From the NCBI GenBank assembly GCA_963826115.1, contig CAWGVS010000005.1, positions 1,856,001 through 1,920,000 on the forward strand: a stretch of DNA of 64,000 nt, written 5' to 3'. The notes below the pieces were generated by a model. That model was not told the origin of the DNA. It saw nothing but the letters and a program-made list of their open reading frames with translations, and did not search any database. This DNA comes from an uncultured Candidatus Rokubacteria bacterium (lineage in GTDB: Bacteria; Methylomirabilota; Methylomirabilia; Rokubacteriales; DASRDR01). Position numbers and translations under genes: made by a program. Positions 10,831-21,433 of this stretch are shown here, piece by piece. Numbering within the stretch: the first letter of the stretch is position 1; each line of letters opens with the position of its first letter.

Positions 10831-12114
10831 CTAGATCCGGATTGCTTCGGGGATCCGGACGTCGGGACCCTTGGGACCGAGCGCGACCAGCGACAGAGGA
10901 CCGGAGAGCAGGCGCTCCCCGAGGGCCCGGACCTCTCCCGGCGTCACCCGCTCGATGTCGGCGAGGATCTCGTCGAACGTGAACGACCGATGGAAGTAGA
11001 GCTCCTGCTTGGCGATCCGCGTCATCCGGCTGCCCGTCGACTCGAGGGACAGCATGAGGCTGCCCTTCAGGTGATCCTTCGCCCGCCGGAGCTCGTCATC
11101 CGTGATCCCGTGGGCCCGCAGCGAGCGGAACTCCTGCAGCGTCAGCTCAACCACGCGCCGGAAGTGGGCCGGCTCGGTGCCGGCGTACACGTAGAAGAGC
11201 CCGCCGTCGCGGAACGCGACGTTGCCCGAGTGGATCGAGTAGACGAGACCCTCGCGCTCCCGCACCACCTGGAACAGGCGCGACGACATGCTCCCGCCGA
11301 AGACGGTGTTCAGGAGGTGGAGGGCGTACCGCTCGGGGGAATCGTGCTCGAGGCCCTGCCCTCCCAGGATGAAGTGCACCTGCTCGAGCGGGCGCTCGAC
11401 GAGGTCCAGGCTGGTCGTCAGCGCCGGGCGATCACTCGTCCGCGGCGCGGTGGGCTGCTGGAAGTCGAGGAACCGGCTCCCGAGGAGGTCCACCAGCTGC
11501 TCGTGACGGACGTGGCCCGCTGCGGCGATGGTGATCCGCTCCGGGCAGTACTCCGTCCGGAAGTAGCGCAGCACCGTGTCGCGATCGAGCCCCTGCACCA
11601 CCTTCCGGTCGCCGAGGATGGGGCGGCCCAGCGGATGGTGGGGCCACACCCGCTCGGCGAACAGATCGTGGATGATGTCGTCCGGCGTGTCGTCCACCAT
11701 GCCGAACTCCTGGAGGACGACCGTCTTCTCGCGCTCGATGTCCCCGGCGTCGAACCGCGGCCGAAGGAGGACGTCGGCCAGGAGGTCAGCGGCGAGCGGA
11801 AGGTGCTCGTCGAGCACCGTCACGTAGAAGCAGGTGTGCTCCTTCGAGGTGAAGGCGTCCATCTGCCCGCCGACCGAGTCCACCGCGCGAGCGATGTCCT
11901 CGGCCGAGCGGGTCTCGGTGCCCTTGAAGACGAGATGCTCGATGAAGTGCGAGATCCCGATCCGGTCGCCGGGCTCGTGCCGGCTCCCGGTGTCCACCCA
12001 GACCCCGACGGCCACGGAGCGGACGTGGGGAATCCACTCCGTGACCAGCCGGATCCCGTTGGGGAGGGTCGTTCGCCGGTACTCGCCCCCCACACTCGCC
12101 GGGGGGTCGCTCAC
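10831..12114 (-). CDS. M16 family (pitrilysin-like) zinc peptidase
   Basis: Inverted zinc motif HFIEH (HXXEH), GGSMSSRLFQVVREREGLVYSI; typical position downstream of pnp. Confidence 0.93.
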   Translation of the reverse strand: MSDPPASVGGEYRRTTLPNGIRLVTEWIPHVRSVAVGVWVDTGSRHEPGDRIGISHFIEHLVFKGTETRSAEDIARAVDSVGGQMDAFTSKEHTCFYVTVLDEHLPLAADLLADVLLRPRFDAGDIEREKTVVLQEFGMVDDTPDDIIHDLFAERVWPHHPLGRPILGDRKVVQGLDRDTVLRYFRTEYCPERITIAAAGHVRHEQLVDLLGSRFLDFQQPTAPRTSDRPALTTSLDLVERPLEQVHFILGGQGLEHDSPERYALHLLNTVFGGSMSSRLFQVVREREGLVYSIHSGNVAFRDGGLFYVYAGTEPAHFRRVVELTLQEFRSLRAHGITDDELRRAKDHLKGSLMLSLESTGSRMTRIAKQELYFHRSFTFDEILADIERVTPGEVRALGERLLSGPLSLVALGPKGPDVRIPEAIRI

Positions 12115-12138
12115 GCAGGCCCCGAGAAGCGGCGCCGG

Positions 12139-14382
12139 TCAGTCGCGGTACCGCTGCCCACCGCGCCCCCGGTCGCCCCCCCGCTCCCGGTCTCCGCCCC
12201 GGTCTCCGCCCCGGTCCCCGCGGCCTCCCCCGACGGCCTCCGGCGCGTTGGCGTCGGGCTGGCCGGTGAGCTGCTCGGCGCCCAGCGAGGCGGCCTCGGG
12301 GTCCTTCACCGCCGCACGGCGCGACAGCCGGATCTTCCCGGACGGGTCCACCTCGATGACCTTCACGAGGACCATGTCGCCCTCGCGCAAGACGTCCTCG
12401 ACGCGGCGCGTCCGCTCCTCGGCGATCTGGGAGATGTGGAGCAGGCCCTCGGTGCCGGGCATGATCTCCACGAACGCCCCGAAGTCGACCACCTTCTTCA
12501 CCTTGCCGAGGTGCACGCGGCCGACCTCGGCCTCCTTGCAGATTCCCTGGATGATGTCCATGGCCTGCTGCACCATGCGCGCGTCGGCGCCGAACAGGGT
12601 GACCTTGCCGTCGTCCTCGATGTCGACCTTGACGCCGGTCTGGTCCTGGATCCCCCGGACCACCTTGCCGCCCGGGCCGATGACCTCGCGGATCTTCTCG
12701 GGTCTGATCCGGATCGTCACGAAGCGCGGCGCGTGCGGCGGCAGCTCGGGCCGCGGCTCCGCGATCGCCTCGCGCATGCGCGACAGGACGAACAGCCGCG
12801 CCTCGCGCGCCTGGCGCAGGGCCGTGGCCATGATCTCCCGCGACACGCCGGCGATCTTGATGTCCATCTGGAGCCCGGTGATGCCGTCGGCGGTGCCGGC
12901 GACCTTGAAGTCCATGTCACCGTAGTGGTCCTCGGTGCCCATGATGTCGGTCAGGATCGCGTAGCGGTCGCCCTCCTTGATGAGCCCCATGGCGATGCCC
13001 GCCACCGGCGCCTTGATCGGCACCCCGGCGTCCATCAGGGCCAGCGAGGCCCCGCACACCGTGGCCATCGAGGACGAGCCATTCGACTCGAGGATGTCCG
13101 ACACGATCCGGAGCGTGTACGGGAAGCTCTCCCGCGGCGGCAGGACCGGCAGCACCGACCGCTCCGCGAGCGCCCCGTGGCCGATCTCGCGACGGCCCGG
13201 GCTCCCGAAGCGGCGGATCTCGCCGACGCTGAACGACGGGAAGTTGTAGTGGAGCATGAAGGGCTTGGTCGACTCGCCCTCCAGCGTCTCGACCCGCTGC
13301 TCGTCCTGCTTGGTCCCGAGCGTCGCGGCGACGAGCGCCTGCGTCTCCCCGCGCGTGAACAGCGCGGAGCCGTGCGTGCGGGGGAGGAACGACACCTCGG
13401 CGCTGATCGCCCGGGTGTCGGTGGACCGGCGCCCGTCGACGCGCACGCCGTCCTCCAGGACCATCCGGCGCACTTCCTGCTTCTCGATCTTGTCGAGGTA
13501 CTCCCGGACCTTGGCCTTCCGCGCCCCCTCGGGGTCGACGGTCGCCAGGACTTCCTGGGCCAGCTTGGTGAGGGCCTGGGCGCGCTGCGCCTTCTCCGGG
13601 ATGCGGACGACGTCACGCACCCGGCCGTGGGTCGCCTCGCGAACCTGGGCCTCGAAAGCCGGATCCTGGTGCGCGGCGGCGTCGAACTCCCACCGCGCCT
13701 TGCCCGCCATCTGGGCCAGCGCCTTCTGGACACGGACGAGCCCGCGGCACTCCTCATGGGCGAGCGCGATGGCTTCGACCATGGTGTCCTCGGACGCCTC
13801 GCGGGCGCCCGCCTCCACCATCATGACCGAGTCCTCGGTCGCCGCCACGACGAGGTCGAGCGTGCTCCGCTCGAGATCCTCGAAGGACGGATTGACGACC
13901 AGGCGTCCGTCGATCTGCCCGATGCGGACGGCACCGAACGGCCCCAGGAACGGCAGGCCGGCCACGCACACGGCCGCCGAGGCGCCGTTCATCGCGAGGA
14001 TCCCCGGATCGTTCTCCTGGTCCGCCGAGATGGCCAGCACGATGAGCTGGATCTCGTTCTTGAAACCCTTGGGGAAGAGCGGCCGGAGCGGGCGGTCGAT
14101 CAGCCGGGAGGTGAGGATCTCCTTCTCGGCCGGACGCCCCTCGCGCTTGAAGAAGCCGCCGGGAATTCGGCCGCCGGCGTAGGCCCGCTCGCGGTAGTCG
14201 ACGCTCAGGGGGAAGAAGTCCTGCCCTTCGGTCGCGGACCGCGCGGCCACGACGGTCGCGAGGATCACGGTGTCGCCGTAGCGGACCAGGACCGAGCCGT
14301 CGGCCTGCTTCGCCACGCGGCCGGTCTCGAAGGTGAGCTTCCGACCGCCGATTTCAACCTGGGTGGAATGAGCCGATGCCAT
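12139..14382 (-). CDS. pnp: Polyribonucleotide nucleotidyltransferase (PNPase)
   Basis: FFPLSVDYRE, RLIDRPLRPLF, RREIGHGALA, ESNGSSSMA, GDMDFKVAGT, KH and S1 domains. Confidence 0.98.
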   Translation of the reverse strand: MASAHSTQVEIGGRKLTFETGRVAKQADGSVLVRYGDTVILATVVAARSATEGQDFFPLSVDYRERAYAGGRIPGGFFKREGRPAEKEILTSRLIDRPLRPLFPKGFKNEIQLIVLAISADQENDPGILAMNGASAAVCVAGLPFLGPFGAVRIGQIDGRLVVNPSFEDLERSTLDLVVAATEDSVMMVEAGAREASEDTMVEAIALAHEECRGLVRVQKALAQMAGKARWEFDAAAHQDPAFEAQVREATHGRVRDVVRIPEKAQRAQALTKLAQEVLATVDPEGARKAKVREYLDKIEKQEVRRMVLEDGVRVDGRRSTDTRAISAEVSFLPRTHGSALFTRGETQALVAATLGTKQDEQRVETLEGESTKPFMLHYNFPSFSVGEIRRFGSPGRREIGHGALAERSVLPVLPPRESFPYTLRIVSDILESNGSSSMATVCGASLALMDAGVPIKAPVAGIAMGLIKEGDRYAILTDIMGTEDHYGDMDFKVAGTADGITGLQMDIKIAGVSREIMATALRQAREARLFVLSRMREAIAEPRPELPPHAPRFVTIRIRPEKIREVIGPGGKVVRGIQDQTGVKVDIEDDGKVTLFGADARMVQQAMDIIQGICKEAEVGRVHLGKVKKVVDFGAFVEIMPGTEGLLHISQIAEERTRRVEDVLREGDMVLVKVIEVDPSGKIRLSRRAAVKDPEAASLGAEQLTGQPDANAPEAVGGGRGDRGGDRGGDRERGGDRGRGGQRYRD

Positions 14383-14504
14383 GTCGCTGCCTTTCTCTCG
14401 TGCCGGACACGGCAGGCCACACGGACGGACCCACCCCACCGGCCACTGCCCGGAAGGTCACGTTCCTCCCGGGCCCTGCGAGACTACCCCGGCGTTGCCG
14501 GGAC

Positions 14505-14774
14505 CTACCGCCGAAGCCCGAGCTTCTCGAGGATCTGGCGATAGCGCTCGATGTCTGTGCGCTTGAGGTATTCGAGGAGTCCGCGGCGCTGGCCGATCAG
14601 GCGCAGCAACCCGCGGCGGGAGTGGTGGTCCTTGACGTGGGACTTGAAGTGCTCGGTCAGGCCGTTGATCCGCTCCGTGAGGAGCGCGATCTGCACCTCG
14701 GGGGAGCCGGTGTCGCCTTCTTTACGCCGGTAGCCCTCGATGAGCGCTTTCTTCCGGTCGGCAGGCACGGTCAT
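14505..14774 (-). CDS. rpsO: 30S ribosomal protein S15
   Basis: [13 protein letters not shown]...[10 protein letters not shown]...LGLRR; 89 aa; SD GGAGG upstream. Confidence 0.98.
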   Translation of the reverse strand: MTVPADRKKALIEGYRRKEGDTGSPEVQIALLTERINGLTEHFKSHVKDHHSRRGLLRLIGQRRGLLEYLKRTDIERYRQILEKLGLRR

Positions 14775-14891
14775 TCCTGAGGTCCTCCTCCAGGGGGCCC
14801 TGCCCCCCAATCGCCGCCCCTGGTGCAGGCCGTGTACTGCACCCTTGGGACGGTTCCCCACACGTTAAGGCACTCCGTTTCAACGCAGCGC

Positions 14892-14920
14892 ATCATACCA
14901 CGCAGGATTGAGACGGGCAA
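14892..14920 (-). promoter_or_regulatory. sigma70 promoter of rpsO-pnp
   Basis: TTGCCC, 17 nt spacer, extended -10 TGgTATGAT on the minus strand. Confidence 0.7.
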
Positions 14921-14931
14921 CCGGCGCGCCC

Positions 14932-15861
14932 TCAGGGCGAGGCGCCGAGGAGACGCCGGGCGGTGCGCACGTCGGCGGCGATCTGGCTCCGCAGGGCGTC
15001 GAGCGACTCGAACCGCCGCTCGGGACGGATGCGGTCGAGGAACCCGAGCGTGAGGCGCCGGCCGTAGAGGTCCGGAGCCACGTCGAGAAGGTGCGCCTCC
15101 ACGAGGCGCGTCGCGCCGTCCACCGTCGGCCGGACCCCGATGTTGACGACCGCCGGCGCCGATTCCCCGTCCCACGCCGCTCGCGCGGTGTAGACACCGT
15201 CCGCCGGCAGGAGGCCCGGCGGCCCCGCGAGATTCGCCGTGGGAAAGCCGAGCACGCGGCCGCGCGCCGCGCCGTGGGCCACCAGGCCGGTCACCGTGTG
15301 CGGGCGGCCGAGAAGGCTGGCCGCGCGACGGACGTCCCCGTCCCGCAGGGCCTCGCGAATCGACGTCGACGAGACGGCGACGCCGTCGACGCGAAGCGGC
15401 GGCACGACGTGCACGAGCACGCCGGCGGGCTCGGAGAGGCGCCGGAGGAGCTCCGGGGTGCCTCGCGCCGCGCGGCCGAACGCGTGGTTGAACCCGACGA
15501 CGATCTCCCGAGCCCGGAGGAGCCCGAGCAGGACGTCCCGCACGTAGACCTCGGCCTCGACCCGCGAGAACTCCACCGTGAACGGGATCACGAGGCACAC
15601 CTCAGGGCCTAGCCCCGCGATGCGCTCGAGACGCTCGTCGAGGGGCAAGAGCTCGGGCGGGGCCTCGGCTGGCCGGAGGACCGCGAGGGGGTTTGGGTCG
15701 AACGTCACCGCGACCGGGCGAACGCCGAGCGCATGCGCCCGGTCGACCGCGGTCCGGATCACCGCCTGGTGGCCCAGGTGGATGCCGTCGAACGTGCCCT
15801 GGGCGACCGCGCTGGGCGGCCCGTCAGGACGATACTGGTCGAGGCCGCGAACGATCTGCAT
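14932..15861 (-). CDS. ribF: Bifunctional riboflavin kinase/FAD synthetase
   Basis: GTFDGIHLGHQ, VSSTSIR, GRVLGFPTAN, NIGVRPT, EAHLLD. Confidence 0.96.
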   Translation of the reverse strand: MQIVRGLDQYRPDGPPSAVAQGTFDGIHLGHQAVIRTAVDRAHALGVRPVAVTFDPNPLAVLRPAEAPPELLPLDERLERIAGLGPEVCLVIPFTVEFSRVEAEVYVRDVLLGLLRAREIVVGFNHAFGRAARGTPELLRRLSEPAGVLVHVVPPLRVDGVAVSSTSIREALRDGDVRRAASLLGRPHTVTGLVAHGAARGRVLGFPTANLAGPPGLLPADGVYTARAAWDGESAPAVVNIGVRPTVDGATRLVEAHLLDVAPDLYGRRLTLGFLDRIRPERRFESLDALRSQIAADVRTARRLLGASP

Positions 15862-16810
15862 GGAGGAGGCGGAGCGGGCGGAGCCCCTCGGGCGCGAGCT
15901 CGCCGATCCCGAGGAAATCTTCGTCGGCGTACACGCGACACGGGACCGGTGCCGGCGGCGGGTGAACGCCCGAGAGCGCGGACACGGGCAGGAGCTGGCC
16001 GTGGGCGAGGCGCCGAGCCATGTCGGGTGACACGGTGACGGCGGCGAGGTGCATGACGGCGCGGTCGGCCGGCAGGACGGCGGTCGCCAGCCGCGGGGCG
16101 TCTCCCGCCTGGATCACGGCCCACGGCACGGCGTCCTCGAGCCGGAGGCTCCCGATGCGCGTGCGGACCAGGGCCTCGACGTGAGCCCCGCAGCCCAGCA
16201 CCTCGCCGACGTCCGCCGCGAGGCTCCGCACGTACGTCCCCGATCCGCACCGGACGCGCACGTCCAGGCGGGGCGGCGCGCACTCGATCAGGTCGAAGGC
16301 ATCGACGCGCACGCGCCGCGGAGCCCGCTCCACCTCGATCCCGGCTCGCGCCAGCTCGTGGAGGCGACGTCCGCCCGCGTGGAGCGCCGAGTACATGGGC
16401 GGCACCTGCTCGATCTCGCCGACGAACCGCGCGAGCACCGCGCGCACGTCGTCGGCCGTCAGGGGCGGGACGGGCCGCTCCGCCGTGACAGCGCCGGTGG
16501 CGTCGAGGGTGTCCGTCGTCACGCCGAGCCGAATGGCGGCGCGGTACTCCTTGTCCTGGCCCTGGAGGTGCGCGGTGAGCTTGGTCGCCTCGCCCAGGAG
16601 GATCGGCAGGAGCCCGGTTGCCATGGGATCGAGCGTGCCTCCATGGCCGACCTTCGGGATGCGGAGGACACGCCGGAGGTGCGCGACCACCTGGAACGAC
16701 GTGACACCCGGGCCCTTGTCGGCCAAGAGGAGGCCATCCCGCGCCGCAGGCGCTCGCACGGTCTCGCCGCCTGTCCCACGGGGGTTACTCGGACGGTCCG
16801 GGTCCGACAC
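15824..16810 (-). CDS. truB: tRNA pseudouridine(55) synthase
   Basis: KVGHGGTLDPMATG, QVPPMYSA, CGSGTYVRSLA. The true start may be slightly downstream. Confidence 0.96.
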   Translation of the reverse strand: MSDPDRPSNPRGTGGETVRAPAARDGLLLADKGPGVTSFQVVAHLRRVLRIPKVGHGGTLDPMATGLLPILLGEATKLTAHLQGQDKEYRAAIRLGVTTDTLDATGAVTAERPVPPLTADDVRAVLARFVGEIEQVPPMYSALHAGGRRLHELARAGIEVERAPRRVRVDAFDLIECAPPRLDVRVRCGSGTYVRSLAADVGEVLGCGAHVEALVRTRIGSLRLEDAVPWAVIQAGDAPRLATAVLPADRAVMHLAAVTVSPDMARRLAHGQLLPVSALSGVHPPPAPVPCRVYADEDFLGIGELAPEGLRPLRLLHADRSRPRPVSS

Positions 16811-16846
16811 CGCTCGGCCTGTCGGCGGAACCGTGGGGGCCCGGGC

Positions 16847-17812
16847 TCACCGGGGAGCCGCGAGCGCCTCCCGGATCGCGCCCAGCACCGCCGCCTTGGC
16901 GTCTGACAGGCTCCCGGGCCGGATCAGCCCGGCCGCATTCGGGTGGCCGCCGCCGCCCAGGCGGGCGGCGATCCGGGCGACGTCCACCTCGCCCTTGGCG
17001 CGGAGGCTCACCTTCACGCGGTCCGGCAGCTCGCGGAAGAGCACGGCGACCTTGGCGGTCCGCACGGAGCGCGGGTAGTTGACGAACTCTTCCGCCTCGG
17101 GCAGGTCCGGCGAGCTCGCCATGGCTCGGTCGATGACCAGCCAGGCGAGCGATCCGTCCGGATCGGTCTCGATCCCCTGGAGGATTCGGCCCAGCATGCG
17201 GAGACCGCCCGGCTCGCGCGTCTCGTAGACCGTGGTCGCCACGTGGGCCGGATCGACGCCGGTCTCCACGAGCCGCGCGGCGACGCGGAGGGTCTTGGGT
17301 GTCGTGTTGGAGTAGCGGAAGGAGCCCGTGTCCGTGACGATCGCCGTGTAGAGGTTCACCGCCACGTCTGTCGTCAGCGGCAGCCCGGCCGCCTCGATCA
17401 GGTCGAAGACCATCTCGCCGGTGGCGGCCGCCCGCGTGTCCACCCAGTTCACGTCGCCGTAGCGCCGGTTGTCGCCGTGATGGTCCACGTTGAGCACGCG
17501 CGTCCCCGGGCCCCGCGCGCCTTCGAGGAGCCCGCCGAGCCGCGCGGGGTCCGGGCAGTCCAGCGCGACGACCAGGTCGAAGGCGTTCTGGCCGGCCTTC
17601 CACTGCTGGACGTCCGCCGCGCCCGGCAGGAAGTGGAACGGGTCCGGCACCGCGTGCGCGCAGGCGAAGGTGACCTCCCGGCCGGCGCCGCGGAGCGCGA
17701 GGCCGAGCCCCAGCTGCGACCCGAGCACGTCCCCGTCGGGATACACGTGGGCGAACAGGAGCACGCGGCGGCCCTGCTCGACGGCGTCCAGCACCTCGCG
17801 GGGGACGCTCAC
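16847..17812 (-). CDS. DHH family oligoribonuclease/pAp phosphatase (NrnA-like)
   Basis: HVYPDGD, DC, NVDHH, TDTGSF, DHHA1 motif GGGGHPNAAG; lies between rbfA and truB. Confidence 0.92.
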   Translation of the reverse strand: MSVPREVLDAVEQGRRVLLFAHVYPDGDVLGSQLGLGLALRGAGREVTFACAHAVPDPFHFLPGAADVQQWKAGQNAFDLVVALDCPDPARLGGLLEGARGPGTRVLNVDHHGDNRRYGDVNWVDTRAAATGEMVFDLIEAAGLPLTTDVAVNLYTAIVTDTGSFRYSNTTPKTLRVAARLVETGVDPAHVATTVYETREPGGLRMLGRILQGIETDPDGSLAWLVIDRAMASSPDLPEAEEFVNYPRSVRTAKVAVLFRELPDRVKVSLRAKGEVDVARIAARLGGGGHPNAAGLIRPGSLSDAKAAVLGAIREALAAPR

Positions 17813-18183
17813 GACGGCGGCTCCGGGTCGGGCTCGCCCGCCGGCCGCTCCTCGGTCTTGAGCTCCTCCAGCACGGTCTGGATGTGGGCCGCGTGGGCCA
17901 TCGACCGGTCCGGGTGGAAGGTGAAGTGCGGGACGGTCCGCATGCGGAGCCGCGGGACGAGCCAGTTCCGGATGAACCCCCGCGCGCTCTCGAGCGCCTG
18001 GAGCGAGGCCTGCAACTGGGCTTCGGACCCGAGCACGCTCACGTAGACCTTCGCCGAGCGGAGATCCTTCGTCACGTCCACCTCGGTCACGGTCACGAAG
18101 CCGAGCCGCGGATCCTTCAACTCGCGCTGGATGAGGAGCGAGATCTCCTCCCGGATCAGCTGGTTGACGCGCTGAAGCCTCAT
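17809..18183 (-). CDS. rbfA: Ribosome-binding factor A
   Basis: RLQRVNQLIREEIS..KDPRL..VTVTEV..DL..AKVYVS. Confidence 0.96.
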   Translation of the reverse strand: MRLQRVNQLIREEISLLIQRELKDPRLGFVTVTEVDVTKDLRSAKVYVSVLGSEAQLQASLQALESARGFIRNWLVPRLRMRTVPHFTFHPDRSMAHAAHIQTVLEELKTEERPAGEPDPEPPS

Positions 18184-18187
18184 GGGA

Positions 18188-18472
18188 TCACAGCAGCTCG
18201 ACGCGGACGTCGATGACCTCGCCGTCGGAGAGGGACTCGATGAAGTTGACGGCCTTCGACACGACCTCGTTCGCCAGCCGCGCGTCGTTCGCCACGCACG
18301 CGACCGCGAGCGTCGCGCGCTGCCAGAGGTCGCCGTGGTCGACCTCGGCGATCGACACGTTGAAGCGCTGCTTGACCCGCTCCTTCATGCCGCGGAGGAT
18401 GTGGCGCTTGCCCTTGAGCGAGTCGGCCTCGCCGAGGTGGAGCTCCACCAGACCGAGCGCGACCTGGACCAT
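18188..18472 (-). CDS. DUF503 (YlxP-like) protein
   Basis: SLKGKR...FNVSIAEV...DLWQR; conserved position between infB and rbfA. Confidence 0.9.
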   Translation of the reverse strand: MVQVALGLVELHLGEADSLKGKRHILRGMKERVKQRFNVSIAEVDHGDLWQRATLAVACVANDARLANEVVSKAVNFIESLSDGEVIDVRVELL

Positions 18473-18495
18473 CGGCGTCTACCCGACGTCTCCGG

Positions 18496-21129
18496 CTAGA
18501 GCGTCCGCGCGACTTCCTCCGTCGTGAAGAGCTCGAGCACGTCGCCCACCTGGACGTCGAGGCTGCCGACGCCGATGCCGCACTCCTGGCCCTGGATGAC
18601 CTCGCGGGCGTCGTCCTTGAAGCGCTTCAGCGAGGTGATCTGCCCCTCGCCCATGGCGCGACCGTTCCGCACGGCCCGGACCTTCGCGTTCCGGGTCACC
18701 TTGCCCTCGGACAGGAAGCAACCGGCGATCGTGCCCACGTCCTTGATCGGGAAGAGCATCCGGACCTGGGCCTTGCCCAGCGGGATCTCGCGGATGATCG
18801 GCGGGAGCATCCCGCCGAGCGCCGCCTTCACGTCGTTGATCGCCTCGTAGATGACGTTGTAGGTCTTGATGTCCACGCGCTCGATCTGCGCCTGCTGCAG
18901 CATCTTCGGCTCGGCCTTCACGTTGAAGCCGATCACGATGGCGTTGGACGCCGAGGCCAGCATGACGTCGGTCTCGGTGATGGTCCCGACCGCGCCGTGG
19001 ATGATCCGCACCTTGACCTCGTCGGTCGACAGCCGCTCGAGCGCGTCCTGCAGCGCCTCGACCGAGCCGTCCACATCGCCCTTCAGGATGACCCGAAGCT
19101 CCTTGACCTCTCCCGCCTCGATCTGCTTGTGGAGATCGGCCAGGGTGACCCGCGCGTTCACCGTGACCTTCTTCTCCTGCTGCTGGCGCCGGAACGCCAT
19201 CTGGCGGGCCTTCCGCTCCTCGTCCACCGACCGCAGGACGTCCCCGGCCGAGGGCACGCCCGACAGCCCGAGCATCTCCACGGGGTCGACCGGGCCCGCG
19301 GTCTTCACCCGCTGCCGCCGGTCGTTGAACATGGCGCGGACCTTCCCGTACTGCTGTCCGACCACCACGATGTCGCCCTCGTGGAGGGTGCCCTGCTGGA
19401 TGAGGACGGTGGCCACCGGGCCTCGGCCGCGGTCGAGCTTCGCCTCGACCACGACCCCGCGCGCGGCGCGGTTCGGATTGGCCTTCAGCTCCATCACCTC
19501 GGCCTGGAGGGCCGTCATCTCGAGGAGCTGCTCGACGCCCGTGCCCTTCTTGGCGGACGTGTTCACGAAGATCGTCTGGCCGCCCCAATCCTCGGGCACG
19601 AGCCCGTGGTTGACGAGCTCCTGCTTCACGCGGTCGGGGTTGGCGTCAGCCTTGTCCACCTTGTTGACGGCCACGATGATGGGCACGCTCGCGGCCTTGG
19701 CATGATTGATCGCCTCCACCGTCTGGGGCATCACGCCGTCGTCCGCCGCCACCACGAGGATGACGATGTCGGTGGCCTGGGCACCCCGGGCTCGCATGGC
19801 CGTGAAGGCCTCGTGACCCGGCGTGTCAAGGAAGGTGACCTTGCCGTGGCTCGTCTCGACCTGGTACGCCCCGATGTGCTGCGTGATCCCGCCAAACTCC
19901 TGCTCGGTGACGCGGGTCTTCCGGATCATGTCCAGCAGCGAGGTCTTCCCGTGGTCGACGTGTCCCATGACCGTGACGACGGGGGACCGCGGCAGGAGCT
20001 GAGCCGGATCGCTCACCTCGTCGACGAGGTCCCGCTCCTCGGCGGAGCGCATGTCCGCCTCGAAGCCGAACTTGACGGCGACCGCCTTCACCTTGTCGGC
20101 GTCGAGGGGCTGGTTGATGGTCGCCATCACGCCCATGCCGACCAGCTCCCGGATGACCTCGCCGATCTTCCGGCCCATACGCTCCGCCAGCTCGGACACC
20201 GTGACGGACTCAGGCAGCCGGAGCACCTCGCGAGGTCCGGCCTCGGCCGCGGCGGCCGCGACCGCCGCGGCGGCGGGCTTCTCCGCCTCCACCGCAGCCG
20301 GCGCCGCCGTCTCGACGGAGGCGGCGGGCGCCACCACGCGCTCGGGCTCGGCCGCGGCCGGCTCCTCGCGGCGTGGCTTCATCGGCACGACCTTGCCGTC
20401 GGCCGCCGGTCTGGTGGCCGGCTCGGCGACCTTCTGCGGCGCTGGCTCCGCGTGCTCGCCGGGCCTCGGGGTCTCGGGCGGAGCGGTCTCTCGGGCGGCC
20501 GCGGCCACCACGGGCTCCTTGGGTCGGACCGGGGCCGGCGGCGCGGCCGCGGCGGGCCGGACCGCGGGCGGCTTCGCGGGCGCAGGCTTCTCGCTCGGCA
20601 CAAGCCGGACCGGCGGCGCCGTGGGAGCCTGGCCCGGGGTCGCACTGACCGGGGCGGCCGGCGCCGCAGCCGCAACCTCCCCGGGCAGAATGATCTTCTC
20701 GACCTTGGGCGGGGCGGGCACGGACGGCGTCGCAAGCGGCGCCTTCGTCTTCGCGACTGCCGGGACGGGCGCGCCCTTCGCCCCCGCCTTCCCCTTGGTC
20801 GGCCCCTTCCCCTTCACGGTGGTCGCGCTCGCCGCCTCGGCAGCCTTCCTCGCGCGCGTCCGCGCGGCCTTGACGGCGGCGGCCTTGGCCGCCTCGATCT
20901 TGGCGCGCTGGTTGGCGACGCGCTCGGACTCGAGCCGCTCCGTCTCCTTCCGGGAATACTCGGCCGCCCGGTCGCCCAGCGACTCCCGGAGCGTCGGGAG
21001 CACGGAGTCCTCGATGGCGCTCGCCGAGCTCTGCTCCTTGTAGCCCATGCCGTGGAGCTGGTCGATGATCAGCTTCGGCGCAACGCCGAGTTCCTTGGCC
21101 AGCTCGTGGACCCGGGTCTTCCCGGCCAT
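18496..21129 (-). CDS. infB: Translation initiation factor IF-2
   Basis: [10 protein letters not shown]-terminus, [32 protein letters not shown]. Confidence 0.98.
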   Translation of the reverse strand: MAGKTRVHELAKELGVAPKLIIDQLHGMGYKEQSSASAIEDSVLPTLRESLGDRAAEYSRKETERLESERVANQRAKIEAAKAAAVKAARTRARKAAEAASATTVKGKGPTKGKAGAKGAPVPAVAKTKAPLATPSVPAPPKVEKIILPGEVAAAAPAAPVSATPGQAPTAPPVRLVPSEKPAPAKPPAVRPAAAAPPAPVRPKEPVVAAAARETAPPETPRPGEHAEPAPQKVAEPATRPAADGKVVPMKPRREEPAAAEPERVVAPAASVETAAPAAVEAEKPAAAAVAAAAAEAGPREVLRLPESVTVSELAERMGRKIGEVIRELVGMGVMATINQPLDADKVKAVAVKFGFEADMRSAEERDLVDEVSDPAQLLPRSPVVTVMGHVDHGKTSLLDMIRKTRVTEQEFGGITQHIGAYQVETSHGKVTFLDTPGHEAFTAMRARGAQATDIVILVVAADDGVMPQTVEAINHAKAASVPIIVAVNKVDKADANPDRVKQELVNHGLVPEDWGGQTIFVNTSAKKGTGVEQLLEMTALQAEVMELKANPNRAARGVVVEAKLDRGRGPVATVLIQQGTLHEGDIVVVGQQYGKVRAMFNDRRQRVKTAGPVDPVEMLGLSGVPSAGDVLRSVDEERKARQMAFRRQQQEKKVTVNARVTLADLHKQIEAGEVKELRVILKGDVDGSVEALQDALERLSTDEVKVRIIHGAVGTITETDVMLASASNAIVIGFNVKAEPKMLQQAQIERVDIKTYNVIYEAINDVKAALGGMLPPIIREIPLGKAQVRMLFPIKDVGTIAGCFLSEGKVTRNAKVRAVRNGRAMGEGQITSLKRFKDDAREVIQGQECGIGVGSLDVQVGDVLELFTTEEVARTL

Positions 21130-21130
21130 A

Positions 21131-21433
21131 TCAGCTACCCCTTTCGACCATCTCAGGAGCCCCCTGCCCCTGGCTCAGGAGCCCGCGCAGCGCCGCGACG
21201 ACATCGGGCGTCGCCACCGCCGGGGCTCGGAATGCCTGGGGCCAGCGGCCCCGACGCACGCACTCGGACAGACACGATTCTTGCCGGCACAGGTAGGCGC
21301 CGCGTCCCCGCCCTCGCCGCCCTGGGTCCGGCTGGACCCGCCCGTCCGGCGTCCGGACCACCCGGAGGAGCTCCGCTTGCGGACGGGCCCGCCGGCAGCC
21401 GAGACAGGTCCGGACCGGCGACCCTGCCGTCAT
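21131..21433 (-). CDS. ylxR: YlxR (DUF448) RNA-binding protein
   Basis: PVRTCLGCR...LLRVV...GRGAYLC; lies between nusA and infB; ATG overlaps the nusA stop. Confidence 0.9.
   Translation of the reverse strand: MTAGSPVRTCLGCRRARPQAELLRVVRTPDGRVQPDPGRRGRGRGAYLCRQESCLSECVRRGRWPQAFRAPAVATPDVVAALRGLLSQGQGAPEMVERGS

Noticed and set aside
14448-14475. Hairpin between rpsO and pnp resembling the rpsI terminator stem (CCGG(G)AAGGTC...CCT(T)CCCGGG)
   Set aside because: Only two short GC-rich look-alikes, which is not enough to call a REP family. An rpsO-pnp hairpin is expected.
20230-20900. Long Ala/Pro/Lys-rich low-complexity stretch in infB
   Set aside because: This is the normal variable IF-2 N-terminal linker, not an insertion or intein.
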